NCBI GenBank assembly: GCA_965140785.1
Contig: OZ223496.1
Coordinates: forward strand, 128,001 to 192,000
Direction: 5' to 3'
From: an uncultured Ruficoccus sp.
GTDB lineage: Bacteria > Verrucomicrobiota > Verrucomicrobiia > Opitutales > Cerasicoccaceae
DNA length: 64,000 nt
How positions within the stretch are numbered: the first letter of the stretch is position 1; every line of letters begins with the position of its first letter. Below, in pieces: positions 9,122 to 19,813 of the stretch. Made by a program: the position numbers and the translations under genes. A model generated the notes under the pieces. That model searched no databases, was not told where the DNA came from, and saw nothing but the letters and a program-made list of their open reading frames with translations.

Positions 9122-11487
9122 CTAGAAAACCGTGCCGAAGGAGAAGTTGAACTGCATCCCCTTGTCGTTAAACTCGTCGCTCGTGAGCGGGAAGCCGAAG
9201 TCGATATTCAGCGGAGCTCCCATCAACAGGAGACGGAAACCAAAGCCATAGTCGTCATTGTAGGCGCTGGGGTCCCAGTTCAAATCGCCCGAGTTGACGT
9301 AGCCCCAGTCATAGAAAAGGGCAAAGCGCAGGGGCTCAAGGATTTGGAAGGTATACTCCATTGAGGCGTAGGCCATCGTATTGCCCCCCAGCTCATCGCC
9401 ATAACCGGGCTGGCTCGGGTCCGTCTGCTTCGGACCGACATCGCGGTACTGGAAGCCGCGCAAGCTGTAGGGACCGCCGAGGAAGAACTGGTCCAGGAAC
9501 GGAACGGTGTTGTTGTCGTAGGGGATGACCGTGCCGGTCCGGCCCCGGAAACTGATCACCTGATTGGCCCAGTCGAAAGTTTTAATCCAAATCGCCCCCG
9601 AAACCGTCTGACGCACGTAATCGGTCTGCCCGCCCAGCGGGCCACCGGCAAACTCGGTCAAGCTCTCCAGACGCGTCCCGCGATCCGGAAAAATAAGGTT
9701 GTTACGGGTGTCACGCAGAAGTTCGAAGCCGATCTTGGAGACGCTGCGGTTGCCCTGCTGCTGCTGAATCGGTAACGGCGCGCTGCTGGAGACATCCTTC
9801 AAATCAACCTCCTCGACCGTGTAGGACAGCTTACCCTCCACCAGTTCGAAGAGACGCTTGCGCAGGTAAAAGGTCGCCCCCATCCGAAGTTCGTTATAGT
9901 TGACGGACAGGTAGTTGGACTCGGTTCGGTAGAGTTGGAAGCCGCCCGCCAACTCGCGCTCCCACAGCCAGGGCTCCTCAAAGGCGAGCAGCACCTGGTT
10001 CGACTTCGAGCCGATGGAGATTCGCAGTCGGAACTTCTGGCCGTCGCCCTGAAACCAGTTACTGGGGCTGAAGATGTCGAAATTACTCTGGGACAACTCG
10101 ACGAAGCCGACGATCGACTCGACCGAGCTGAAGCCCGCCCCGAAGGTCAGGTTACCCGTCTGCCCCTCTTTGACCGTGATGCGCAGGTTACGCCGGCCGG
10201 GGATGTTGGTCGCCTCGGGGAGAGGCGGACCTCGTCGAAGAAGCGGGTGTTCTCCAGGCGGGCCTGGCTGCTTTTCATCCGCACCAGGTCAAAGGTGTCG
10301 CCGGGGGCCAGGGCCAGCTCGCGCACGATGACGCGGCTCTTGGTCTTGGTGTTGCCTTGCAGGTTGATGCTCTCGACGTAGAAGCGGTCCCCCTCGGTGA
10401 TGACGAACTTGAGGTCGATAGTGCCGCCCTCGATGTTCGGGTAGCGCTCGACGCGCACAAAGGTGTCCAGATAACCGACCTGGCCGTAGTAGTCCTTGAG
10501 AATCTCGATGTTCTGGTCGATGGCGCTCGGGGAGAACGGATCGCCGGTACGGATAGACATGACCCGCAGCAGTTCATCGGTCGGGAAGAGCTTGTTGTCT
10601 TCGATGTTAATGTCGCCGATGTAGTAGCGCCGTCCTTCGTGAACGTGGATGACAATGTTCAGCTCACCGCTGTCCGGGTACTCCAGCACGACTTCGGACT
10701 CGGGGATTTCCACGTCCAGGTAGCCGAGGTCCTTATAATAAGTGCGGAGTTTCTCCAAGTCGTCCTGGAAAATCTCTTCCTGCAGGCGCCCCGTGCCCAT
10801 GATCCAGGAAATCAGCCAGATGTAGTCGGTGGTTTCCATCTGGTTGAGCAAGTCGCTGGAGTCCACGTGATCGTTGCCGACAAACTCGATGTCGTTGATC
10901 TCCAGGCGGTCGCCCTCGTCGATATTGAAAATGACCACGCCGGTACCGAGCTGCTCGTTGCGCTCGATGTCGTAGGAGACCTTGGCGTTGGTGTAGCCCC
11001 GCTTCTGCAGGTAGTGGTAAAGCTTGGTCGCGTCGCGCTTGACCTGGACCTCATCCAGCGGCAGCCCCACCTGGCTCTCGATCTCGTCCTGCAGGTCGCT
11101 GTCGTCCTCGCCTTTGTTACCCTCGAAAAGAATCTGGGAGACGCGGTACTTGGGGACCACGATAAAGGCGACGGCCAGACGCTCGTCCGGCAGCGCCTGA
11201 CGGCGCACCTCGATAAATTCAAAGTTCCCCGTCTGATAAAGGGCACGAATCGACTGATCGACCAGGTTTTGGCTAAAAGGTTCGCCCACGCGCAGGCGCA
11301 CGTGCGCCATGATATTTTCTTCGCTGACGGTCTTAACGCCCTCGAAAATAACCTCTATCTCACCCACTACCGGTTCCGAATCCTGCGCCAGCTGGGCGGA
11401 AGCCGAGCGGGGGAGGAAAACAGAAATTAATAGTGCGAGAACGAGAAAGTAGCGAAGCCTAAGCAGAGTGTCTCTGTGAATTTTCAA
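9122..11487 (-). CDS. bamA: Outer-membrane protein assembly factor BamA, with a 1-nt deletion in the G run at about 10217-10220
   Basis: POTRA domains in ORF 10147-11487; barrel with LRGF motif and terminal FSFGTVF in ORF 9122-10096. Adding one C restores LSPEATNIPGRRNLRITVKEGQTG. Confidence 0.95.
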
Positions 11488-12877
11488 AACGCGTCAGGTG
11501 CTTGATGAAGTATAAGGGAACAGTTCCTATGGGTCCGTTTCGCTGTTTGGCAACGATTAAATCCCGCGCTACAGCTTCTGCGGCCATTTCTTCTTCCTCG
11601 TTATGGTCCCGGGTTTTAGACAAAAGCAGGACCACATCGGCGTCCTGCTCGATGGAACCGGACTCGCGCAGGTCGGAAATGCGGGGCTGGCGCTTCTCTT
11701 TTTCGGCCTCGCGGTTGAGCTGGGCCAGCACGATGACCGGCACGCGCAGCTCCTTGGCCATGCCCTTCATGCCGCGGGAAATTTCCGCGATCTGCTGCTC
11801 GCGCGGGACCCGGGAGTCCGTGCCGTTGACGAGCTGGATGTAGTCGACGGCGATGAGGCCGAGTTTGCCCTTCATCTGGCTGGCCACGCGGCGGGCTTTG
11901 GCCCGCAGCTCCAGGATGTTCAGGCCGGAGGAGTCGTCGATCATGAGCGGGGCGCCCTTGAGCTCCTGGGCGGCCCGGACGATGTCCTGCTGCTTTTCCT
12001 TGGGCACGAAGCCGTCGCGCAGCTTGGTCATGTTGACCCGGGCCCGGGAGCAGAGCAGACGCATGGCCAGCTGCTCGGCGGGCATTTCCAGCGAAAACAT
12101 CAGCGCCCCGGTCGCTTCATGGCCCGGACGGGGGCAGATGGCCGGCTCGATCATGTTGAGCGCGATGGAGGTCTTACCCATCGAGGGACGGGCGGCGACG
12201 ACGATCATTTCGCCCTCGTGCCAGCCGGTGGTCATCTTGTCCAGGTCGGCAAAGCCGGTCGTCACCCCGGTGATCTCGCCCTTGTTCTGGATCAGGTTGT
12301 TGACCAGCTGGACGGCGTCGTCGATGGATTTTTCCAGCGGCTGGGCAGCGTCAACAATGCGGTTCTCGCTGATGGCGAAGATGTTCTGCTCGGCCTTTTC
12401 CAGAAAGGCGGCCACGTCCTGTGTCTCGTCATAGGCGCCCTCGATGGCTTCGTTGGAGAGACGGATGACCTCGCGCAGCAGGTAGGTGTCGCGCACGCGC
12501 TGGATGTAGTAGGTCAGGTGCGCGTGCGTGTCGATGCGATTGGAAAGCTCGATCAGGTAGGCGTCGCCGCCGACGGCCTCGAAGTTGCCGTCCTTGCGCA
12601 GACGGTCGCCGAGGGTGATCTCGTCGATGGGGTCCTGCTTTTCGTACAGGTGCATCATCGACTGGAAAATCATCTGGTGGCGGGCGTTATAGAAGCACAC
12701 GTCCTTGATGCGCTCCTGCACACACATCCCCATCGTCTCGTTGCCCCCCTCCAGGATGATGCAGCCCAGCAGGGCCTGCTCCATGTCGATGCTGTAGGGG
12801 ACGCGCCGGGACGCGGCGGGGGACTCCCGGCGACGGGGCCCTTCGGAGGAGGGTTGGAAAGATGCGACGTTAGCCAT
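11459..12877 (-). CDS. dnaB: Replicative DNA helicase
   Basis: AARPSMGKT, FSLEM, DYIQL, LAQLNR, DLRESGSIEQDAD, AKQRNGP. Confidence 0.98.
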   Translation of the reverse strand: MANVASFQPSSEGPRRRESPAASRRVPYSIDMEQALLGCIILEGGNETMGMCVQERIKDVCFYNARHQMIFQSMMHLYEKQDPIDEITLGDRLRKDGNFEAVGGDAYLIELSNRIDTHAHLTYYIQRVRDTYLLREVIRLSNEAIEGAYDETQDVAAFLEKAEQNIFAISENRIVDAAQPLEKSIDDAVQLVNNLIQNKGEITGVTTGFADLDKMTTGWHEGEMIVVAARPSMGKTSIALNMIEPAICPRPGHEATGALMFSLEMPAEQLAMRLLCSRARVNMTKLRDGFVPKEKQQDIVRAAQELKGAPLMIDDSSGLNILELRAKARRVASQMKGKLGLIAVDYIQLVNGTDSRVPREQQIAEISRGMKGMAKELRVPVIVLAQLNREAEKEKRQPRISDLRESGSIEQDADVVLLLSKTRDHNEEEEMAAEAVARDLIVAKQRNGPIGTVPLYFIKHLTRFENSQRHSA

Positions 12878-13008
12878 AGCAAAAGAGAAAACGCAACTGA
12901 GCGGGCGGCTCGTTTCAGCCGGGCGGCCCGTCGTTACGTCGGTGAGGCAAGAGACAAACTTAACCTATGCCGACAAGCAATCAGGAGTTTTTAAAATCGA
13001 TTCCCAAC

Positions 13009-13094
13009 TTATTAACAGCGCGGCCCCAAAACCTTTCTACTCCGGCCTCCTCCCCCCCCAGTTATCCACATCGATTTGTGAATAGGGGGAATAA
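13009..13094. promoter_or_regulatory. Cluster of DnaA boxes upstream of dnaB
   Basis: TTATCCACA perfect at 13062-13070; TTATTAACA at 13009-13017; reverse-strand CTATTCACA at 13077-13085; reverse-strand TTATTCCCC at 13086-13094. Confidence 0.65.
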
Positions 13095-13161
13095 GTCCCT
13101 TGTTTTCGGGGTATTTAGGACGTTTTAGCCCCGATCGGTGACAGCGCCGGTAAATTTTTCT

Positions 13162-13788
13162 TTAAAAATCGATCCGGCGCGCGTCGCTTTCGGGGTACGG
13201 GTACTCCATATGGCGGGCGGTGGCGCGGGCCACAGCCTCCCCCTGGGTCTCGGCCACAAGGTTCAGCGTGAGGTCGAGCCCGGCGGAAATCCCGGCCGAG
13301 GTCCAGAGCTTGCCGTCGCGGACAAAGTGCTTGTCGGGGACGACTTCGCAGGCCGGGAACAGCTCCCGCATCCAATCCAGCACCTGCCAGTGCGTGGTGG
13401 CGCGGCAGCCATCGAGAAAACCGGCCCGCCCCAGCAAAATCGACCCGGTGCAGACCGACGCCAGGATGGACGCCTGCTGTCCGCGCTCGCGGAGCCAGTC
13501 GATAAAGGCGGGGTTGTCGATCTCGCGGCGCGTCCCCCACCCGCCCGGCACGAGCAGGATGTCCAGCGGAGGACAGTCGGCAAACGTACACATCGGCGTC
13601 ACCGTCATGCCGCCCGTCGTCCGGACGGGGCCGGGCTTTTCCGCCACCAGCCGCACATCGAAGGGCGACTCGGTCTCCCGGCGCTTATCCGGGTCCAGCC
13701 GCGTGACCGAAAACACCTCGAACGGCCCGCAAAAGTCGAGCACCTCGACCTCATCAAAAATCACAATCCCGACTGTCTGGCTTTGCAT
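13162..13788 (-). CDS. DJ-1/PfpI family protein
   Basis: EVLDFCGPFEVF, LVPGG, SVCTG, ATTHW, TSAGISAG. Confidence 0.93.
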   Translation of the reverse strand: MQSQTVGIVIFDEVEVLDFCGPFEVFSVTRLDPDKRRETESPFDVRLVAEKPGPVRTTGGMTVTPMCTFADCPPLDILLVPGGWGTRREIDNPAFIDWLRERGQQASILASVCTGSILLGRAGFLDGCRATTHWQVLDWMRELFPACEVVPDKHFVRDGKLWTSAGISAGLDLTLNLVAETQGEAVARATARHMEYPYPESDARRIDF

Positions 13789-13855
13789 GCCTTACCATTC
13801 GGCCACGTTTCACCCACTGTCAAAGCGATCCTTCTGATCTTCCTCACAGGAAGAA

Positions 13856-14278
13856 TCACTCTTTCAGCTTTTCACTAATATCAGGAGTCAGCCAAGCAGT
13901 CACCTTCTCTTTGGTGATGAGAAAAATACCCTTATAGTCGCCAGCATACATCAGACTGTCCCGGATCGCATCCATGACCTCAATCTTGACTAACCAGTAT
14001 GCCCGAAGCGTACCTACCAGGCTGACCATCTTCATCAGGAACGCACGGCTGAAGGCGCTGTAATTGCTAAAAACGAAAACAAAGTGTCCATCGCTCTCTT
14101 CATCATAAACGGTATAGTCCCAGCCATACTTCCATTGCTCTCCGAGTTGATCGTTCTCGAAAGCACGCAACTTCACCAAATCTGCATCAAGGTCTTCGAC
14201 CGCATCATCAACCAGTTCGAGAGCGTTGAGCTCCGCCTCGTAACGATCCCAAATTTGATCTTCGCTGACAGTTTCCAT
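13856..14278 (-). CDS. Hypothetical acidic protein, lower GC
   Basis: Open frame METVSEDQIW...SEKLKE in a visibly AT-richer stretch; no recognised motif. Confidence 0.6.
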   Translation of the reverse strand: METVSEDQIWDRYEAELNALELVDDAVEDLDADLVKLRAFENDQLGEQWKYGWDYTVYDEESDGHFVFVFSNYSAFSRAFLMKMVSLVGTLRAYWLVKIEVMDAIRDSLMYAGDYKGIFLITKEKVTAWLTPDISEKLKE

Positions 14279-14350
14279 ATCCCAGAACAGCAAAAACAAT
14301 GACGCGCAACCGTTAGTATCCAAGCTAAAACAGACACCTATGCATCGCCT

Positions 14351-14446
14351 CCTCCGGCAGTAAGCCGGAGGCTTTGAAAGACAGTGTTTTTGACTTAGCC
14401 CTCTCAGACCTGAATCAAGTCAGAACCGGGCAGGCGCCTTTCTGGC
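14351..14446. repeat. Diverged copy of the clpC 3' UTR and terminator
   Basis: AGCCGGAGGCTTTGAAA is identical at 14363-14379 and 15294-15310; CCGGGCAGGCGCCTTTCTGGC (14426-14446) resembles CCGGGGCAGCCGCCTGTCTGGC (15347-15368). Confidence 0.75.
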
Positions 14447-14465
14447 TTCGCGAGAACACCAACCG

Positions 14466-15101
14466 TCAAGACACGCGTTGCATGAAGGATAAATCGCTCA
14501 TGCAGCGAATCACTCGCCGGCCCTCGGCCGTCTGGTGCAGGAAGCTCACGCCTCCACTAAGCCCGTAGAGATCGCCCCCGTTGAGGAACTCCGGGTCTTG
14601 CCGCAGCCACATCGCGTTGAACAACGCCAGGGTGTCGCCATGCGAGACGATGACGACCGTTTCGGCCTCACTTGTGATCAACTCGTCATAAAACGGGTAG
14701 AGACGGTTCCAGAGGTCGCGGCGCGACTCCGCGTCGGAAAAGCAGCGGTCATCAATCGTTCGCTCGGGCTGCTCCATGTTCTCGCGCAACCACTCCACGG
14801 ATTGGCCGACCGCCGCGCCCAGGTTGCGTTCGCGCAGACGGTTGGAAAACACCGGGACGACATCAAGCTGCGCCGCCACTGCCTCCGCCGTTTGCCGCGT
14901 GCGCTGCAGCGGCGAAGAGAAGAGAGCGCAACGCCGCGCGCCCAGCTCCCGCCCGAGATTACGGGCGATAGCCGCCGCCTGTTCCAGCCCCCGCTCGGTC
15001 AGCGGCCAGTCTTTCCACGAGCCAACCATTCCGTTGGTGTGATGCTCGGATTCGGGGTGCTGGATGGTCACAATGGTCTTGGGCTGCGCGGGCGTATCCA
15101 T
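14466..15101 (-). CDS. Histidine phosphatase family protein
   Basis: IQHPES (RHG variant), DWPLT..G, SSPLQRTRQT, LRER, VSHG. Confidence 0.9.
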   Translation of the reverse strand: MDTPAQPKTIVTIQHPESEHHTNGMVGSWKDWPLTERGLEQAAAIARNLGRELGARRCALFSSPLQRTRQTAEAVAAQLDVVPVFSNRLRERNLGAAVGQSVEWLRENMEQPERTIDDRCFSDAESRRDLWNRLYPFYDELITSEAETVVIVSHGDTLALFNAMWLRQDPEFLNGGDLYGLSGGVSFLHQTAEGRRVIRCMSDLSFMQRVS

Positions 15102-15274
15102 AGCCCCAAAGACCTCTCCCATCCTCCCCTCACCGTCAACGCCCATCTGCCGCACCAAACAAAGACATCACCAAACCCCGAGCTTGGAGATCGCATCCCT
15201 CAAGCATCCCCGTCAACCCCCTCCCAAGCAGTCAACATCCCCGGCGCTTCCACCTGCCTCCCTTCAACACCCAC

Positions 15275-15306
15275 AAAAAAGCCCCCGGCGGTGAGCCGGA
15301 GGCTTT
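15275..15306 (-). terminator. Intrinsic terminator of the mcsA-mcsB-clpC operon
   Basis: AAAAAAGCCCCCGGC-GGTGA-GCCGGAGGCTTT hairpin with a U tract on the minus strand. Confidence 0.75.
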
Positions 15307-15412
15307 GAAATTTTGCTGGATCGATGAACTCTGTCTGGCGCGTGATCCGGGGCAGCCGCCTGTCTGGCGGCGATGGGGCAGCGCCCCATCATTGCCCGCG
15401 GGTGCAACCCGC

Positions 15413-17905
15413 TTAGCCGACGGCGGTGGTCTGGGTGAAGACCAGCTTGTCGCCGTCGAGGGTGACATTGATCGGGTCACCGGCCTTGACCTCTCCGCGC
15501 AGGATGGCTTCGGCCAACGGGTCCTCGAGGTGGCGTTCGACCGCGCGGCGCAGCGGACGCGCGCCGTACTTTTCGTCGTAGCCGTTCTCGATGAGGAACT
15601 CCTTGGCCGGGGTGTCCACCTTGATGTGGATGTCCTGGTTTTTGAGGCGCTTCTCGACCTTGGTCAGCTCGAGATCGACGATCTTGATCATGTGCTCCTT
15701 GGAGAGCGGGCGGAAGATCACGATCTCGGTCAGGCGGTTGAGGAACTCGGGCTTGAAGACACGCTTGGTCTCGTCGAGGATCCGGTCCTTGGCCTTGTCG
15801 AAGTCGCGCATCGTGTCGATGCCCATGTCAAAGCCCATATTCCCGTTCTTCTGGAGGATATCGGCCCCGACGTTCGAGGTCATGATCAGGATCGTGTTGC
15901 GGAAGTCCACCGTGCGGCCGAGGCTGTCGGTCAGGCGACCGTCTTCCAGGACCTGCAGGAGGAGCTGGACGACGTCCGGGTGGGCCTTTTCGATCTCGTC
16001 GAAGAGGATGCACGAGTACGGCTTGCGGCGAACGGCCTCGGTGAGCTGGCCGCCCTCCTCGTACCCGACGTAGCCCGGGGGCGAGCCGATCAGTCGGCTG
16101 ACCGCGAACTTCTCCATGTACTCGGACATGTCGATCTGGATGAGCGAATCCATGTCGCCGAACATCTGCTCGGCCAGGATCTTGGCCAGGTGGGTCTTCC
16201 CCACCCCGGTCGGTCCCATGAACATGAACGAGCCGATCGGGCGGCGCGGGTCCTTGAGGTCGGCGCGCGAGCGGCGCAGGGCCTTGGCGATGACCTCGGT
16301 GGCCGGGTCCTGCCCGATGATGACCTTCTGAAGTTCGCTTTCGAGGGCGAGCAGCTTCTTGCTCTCGGCCTGCTCCATGCGGGTGAGCGGGATGCCGGTC
16401 CAGTCGGAGACCACGCGGTGCAGGTCGTCCACGTCAACCGTGATCTGCTGCTCCTCGCGGTTCTGCTTCCACTCCTCGATCATCTCCTCGCGCTTGGCGC
16501 GGAGCTGCTTCTCGCGGTCGCGGTACTTGGCGGCTTCCTCGAAATGCTGCTTGCTGATGGCGTCTTCCTTCTGCGTGCAGACCTCCTCGATCTCCTTCGC
16601 CATGTCCTCGATTTCGGGCGGGCGGTTGAGCGAGTCGATCCGGGCGCGGGAACCGGCCTCGTCGAGCACGTCAATCGCCTTGTCCGGCAGGAACCGGGCG
16701 GTGATGTAACGGTCGGAGAGCTTGGCGGCGGCTTCGAGGGCCTCGTCGGTGTAAATGACCTTGTGGTGATCCTCGTACTTGCTGCGGATGCCCTTCAGGA
16801 TCTTGACCGTGTCCTCGATGTTCGGGGCCTCGACCTTGACCGACTGGAAGCGGCGATCCAGGGCGCTGTCCTTTTCGATGTACTTGCGGTACTCGGCCAG
16901 GGTGGTGGCACCGATGCACTGCAACTCGCCGCGGCTGAGGGCGGGCTTGAAGATGTTCGAGGCGTCCATGGCGCCTTCGGCGGCACCGGCCCCGACGATC
17001 GTGTGCAGCTCGTCGATGAAGATGATGATGTTCTTGGCGCGGCGGATTTCGTCCATCACGGCCTTGATCCGCTCCTCGAACTGGCCGCGGTACTTGGTCC
17101 CGGCCACCATGAGGGCGAGGTCGAGCGTGATGACGCGCTTGTCCGCCAGCAGTTCGGGAACGATGCCCGAGGAAATTTCCTGCGCCAGCCCTTCGACGAT
17201 GGCCGTCTTACCGACCCCGGCTTCCCCGATGAGGACCGGGTTGTTCTTGGTGCGGCGGCAGAGGATCTGAATGACCCTGCGAATTTCCTGCTTGCGCCCA
17301 ATGACCGGGTCTAGCTCGCCGTTGCGGGCCAGCTCGGTCAGGTCGCGTCCGAAAGCCTTCAGGGCCGGGGTCTTGACCTCTTTCTTTTCCTCGGCGGCGC
17401 TGGCCTGGGTCGGGCCCGAGCCCGCTCCGGTCGGCTCCTCGCCGGGCTCGCCGGCGAAGTTCGGGTCCAGTTCGGCCAAAATGGCGTTGCGGCACTGTTC
17501 GATGTCCACGTCCAGGCTTTTGAGGACGCGGGCGGCCACCCCTTCGCCTTCGCGCAGAAGGCCGAGCAGGATGTGTTCGGTGCCGATATAGGAATGGTTC
17601 AGCGCCTTGGCTTCCTTACCGGCGAGGGCGAGGACCTTTTTGACGCGGGGGGTATAGGGGATGTTGCCACTGGGCTTGGTTTCAGGCCCGGTGCCGACCT
17701 GCTTCTCGACGGCGGAACGGACCGTTTCCAGGTCCAGACCCATCTTTTGCAGGACGTTCACGGCCACCCCCTGGCCAAGGTTAATGAGTCCGAGCAGCAG
17801 GTGCTCGGTCCCGACATAATTATGATGAAAACGGTCAGCCTCCTTGCGCGCGAGCGCCAGGACCTGCTGGGCACGGGGGGTGAAGTTGTTCATTGGCTCC
17901 GGCAT
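15413..17905 (-). CDS. clpC: ATP-dependent Clp protease ATPase ClpC
   Basis: Double Clp-N domain, GEAGVGKT and GPTGVGKT Walker A motifs, UVR motif, MGF ClpP-docking loop. Confidence 0.97.
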   Translation of the reverse strand: MPEPMNNFTPRAQQVLALARKEADRFHHNYVGTEHLLLGLINLGQGVAVNVLQKMGLDLETVRSAVEKQVGTGPETKPSGNIPYTPRVKKVLALAGKEAKALNHSYIGTEHILLGLLREGEGVAARVLKSLDVDIEQCRNAILAELDPNFAGEPGEEPTGAGSGPTQASAAEEKKEVKTPALKAFGRDLTELARNGELDPVIGRKQEIRRVIQILCRRTKNNPVLIGEAGVGKTAIVEGLAQEISSGIVPELLADKRVITLDLALMVAGTKYRGQFEERIKAVMDEIRRAKNIIIFIDELHTIVGAGAAEGAMDASNIFKPALSRGELQCIGATTLAEYRKYIEKDSALDRRFQSVKVEAPNIEDTVKILKGIRSKYEDHHKVIYTDEALEAAAKLSDRYITARFLPDKAIDVLDEAGSRARIDSLNRPPEIEDMAKEIEEVCTQKEDAISKQHFEEAAKYRDREKQLRAKREEMIEEWKQNREEQQITVDVDDLHRVVSDWTGIPLTRMEQAESKKLLALESELQKVIIGQDPATEVIAKALRRSRADLKDPRRPIGSFMFMGPTGVGKTHLAKILAEQMFGDMDSLIQIDMSEYMEKFAVSRLIGSPPGYVGYEEGGQLTEAVRRKPYSCILFDEIEKAHPDVVQLLLQVLEDGRLTDSLGRTVDFRNTILIMTSNVGADILQKNGNMGFDMGIDTMRDFDKAKDRILDETKRVFKPEFLNRLTEIVIFRPLSKEHMIKIVDLELTKVEKRLKNQDIHIKVDTPAKEFLIENGYDEKYGARPLRRAVERHLEDPLAEAILRGEVKAGDPINVTLDGDKLVFTQTTAVG

Positions 17906-18004
17906 GTGATTATAGTCGTAAGGGATCGTTTATCATTTCACGTTATTTGTCAAAAGCATGGGACTAATAGTGAGTTAGAATGTGCCATGCTCGTTTTGTT
18001 CATT

Positions 18005-19087
18005 TCACTCAAAGGTCAGAGGCGGGATGCGACCGATTTCTTCCCGTAAAAGTCGGGCACGGGCCGTGTCGCGCATGTCGCTCTCAATCGGTTCGAACGC
18101 GGCCAGCTGGATATGGCCGGGCTGCATTTCAATCAACAGGCGGTCCACCGGGACACGCCAGGTTTCGGCGATGAACCCGCAGTCGATGCCAAATCTCAGG
18201 AGCGACAGGTGGTTCATAGCTTCAGCAGAGCTTAAAAGATGCCCGTTTTGCAAAATTCCGTAGGCGCGGCCAATCTTGTCGCGAATTTTCTCCGGTTTGA
18301 GCTCCAGCAGGCGTTCACGGGCGTTCTTCTCCTGCTCGATAATGGAGCTGATCGCCTCGCGCTCCAAGCGCTCGATAATGTCGTTCTCGCTCTCGCCCAG
18401 GGTCTGCTGGTTGGAAATCTGGAAAATGCTGCCCGAGGCATCCGAGCCCTCGCCGAAAAGCCCGCGCACGACCATGCCCATCTGGTTGACGGCGCGGATG
18501 ACTTTTTCCATGTCGTTGGCCATGACGAGACCGGGCAAATGCATCATGACCGAAGCGCGCATGCCGGTTCCCAGGTTGGTCGGGCAGGCGGTCAGGTAGC
18601 CCAGGTCCTCGGAAAAGGCGAAGTCGAGCAGGCTCTCAAGCTGGTTGTCGATGGCGTCGATAATCTGCCAAATATCCTCGAAACCGCGCCCGGTGCGCAG
18701 CACCTGGATGCGCAGGTGGTCCTCCTCGTTGATCATGATCGAGCAGGCCTGGTCGCGGCTGATGATGACCCCGGCGGATTCCTCCCCCTGGGACAGCTCG
18801 CGGCTGATCAGGTGGCGCTCGACCAGGACCTGGCGCTCCAGCTCAGAAAGTTCGTTCAGGTGCAGGACAGTGCCCTTCTGCATCTGCGGCAACTGTGCCA
18901 CGGCCTTTTCACAGGCGGCCAGAATTTCCCGGCGCTGGGTCTTTTTGGCCCAGCCGGGAAAGGCGCGCCCGTCGAGGTTGCGCGCGAGGCGAATGCGGGA
19001 ACTCATCACGATGGGTTCCCCCGGTGCCCCGCCGCTGGTCAGTTCGGCGTTGGCGTCGAGAAGGGGTTTTATCGTCATCGAATTCAA
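18005..19087 (-). CDS. mcsB: Protein arginine kinase McsB
   Basis: SSRIRLARNL, MINEEDHLR, GYLTACPTNLGTG. Confidence 0.96.
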   Translation of the reverse strand: MNSMTIKPLLDANAELTSGGAPGEPIVMSSRIRLARNLDGRAFPGWAKKTQRREILAACEKAVAQLPQMQKGTVLHLNELSELERQVLVERHLISRELSQGEESAGVIISRDQACSIMINEEDHLRIQVLRTGRGFEDIWQIIDAIDNQLESLLDFAFSEDLGYLTACPTNLGTGMRASVMMHLPGLVMANDMEKVIRAVNQMGMVVRGLFGEGSDASGSIFQISNQQTLGESENDIIERLEREAISSIIEQEKNARERLLELKPEKIRDKIGRAYGILQNGHLLSSAEAMNHLSLLRFGIDCGFIAETWRVPVDRLLIEMQPGHIQLAAFEPIESDMRDTARARLLREEIGRIPPLTFE

Positions 19088-19090
19088 AGA

Positions 19091-19606
19091 TCAGCGAGCC
19101 GGAGGCTCGGCCTGGGATTTGAGTTGGTCGAGTTCGTCGCGATAACGGGCGGCGTCCTCGTATTTTTCCTGCTCGACCGCATGGGCCAGCCGGTCCTGCA
19201 GGCGGTTGATCGCCTTGCGCAGACTGACGCGGTGGAGCATCTCATGGGGAATTTTCCCGATGTGATGGGAGTCCCGGTGCATGTTCTTAAGCATCGGAGT
19301 GATCAGCTTTTCAAAGGCTTCGTAGCAGTCCGGGCAGCCCAGACGACCGGTGCGCTTGAAGTCGCGCGGCGTGCAGCCGCACGAGGGGCACACCATGGAC
19401 GGGCCTTCCACGTGCTCGGAACCGACGGAAGCCTCCATGTTCTTGGCCATGAAGTCCGCCAGGGAAAAGCCTTCCGGGTCGGTCACGCCCTTTTGCTGGG
19501 CGCACTCTTCGCACAGGTCCACTTTCTGGATCTGGTTATTGATTATCTGCGTCAGGTGCACCGTGGCAAGCTTGCCGCAGATGTCACATACTAGCGATTC
19601 ACCCAT
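19091..19606 (-). CDS. mcsA: McsA (CxxC motifs plus UVR domain)
   Basis: CDIC, CEEC, CPSC, GRLGCPDCY, EKYEDAARYRD. Confidence 0.95.
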   Translation of the reverse strand: MGESLVCDICGKLATVHLTQIINNQIQKVDLCEECAQQKGVTDPEGFSLADFMAKNMEASVGSEHVEGPSMVCPSCGCTPRDFKRTGRLGCPDCYEAFEKLITPMLKNMHRDSHHIGKIPHEMLHRVSLRKAINRLQDRLAHAVEQEKYEDAARYRDELDQLKSQAEPPAR

Positions 19607-19813
19607 GTCTTATATCTATCACAACTTGCCTGATAAGAAAAGGCTGATTGAATAATCGGCATATTTCATGCCCGTTTCAGTTTTCCTTCCCCAAAAAGAG
19701 GTCCATCGCCCCGACAAGCGAGCGCAAAACACCGGTAAGTTACTGGTAAAACCACCAATAACCTTGACCCCCGGGGGTGTGGGATAATCTTTTGGGGTCA
19801 AAGGAATGATTCC

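Noticed and set aside
9122..11487. Split bamA as a real two-gene arrangement or programmed frameshift
   Set aside because: A single missing base in a homopolymer restores a normal protein, and similar indels occur throughout the window.
15305..17314. 669-aa + strand ORF, and similar long antisense ORFs at 11603-12994, 39886-41961, 46592-48517, 50780-52357 and 54787-56334
   Set aside because: Shadow frames opposite well-conserved genes, expected in high-GC DNA; no recognisable motifs.
19760..19805. CtsR operator upstream of mcsA (GGTCAAA)
   Set aside because: Only one heptad plus an inverted partial copy; CtsR sites are tandem direct repeats.
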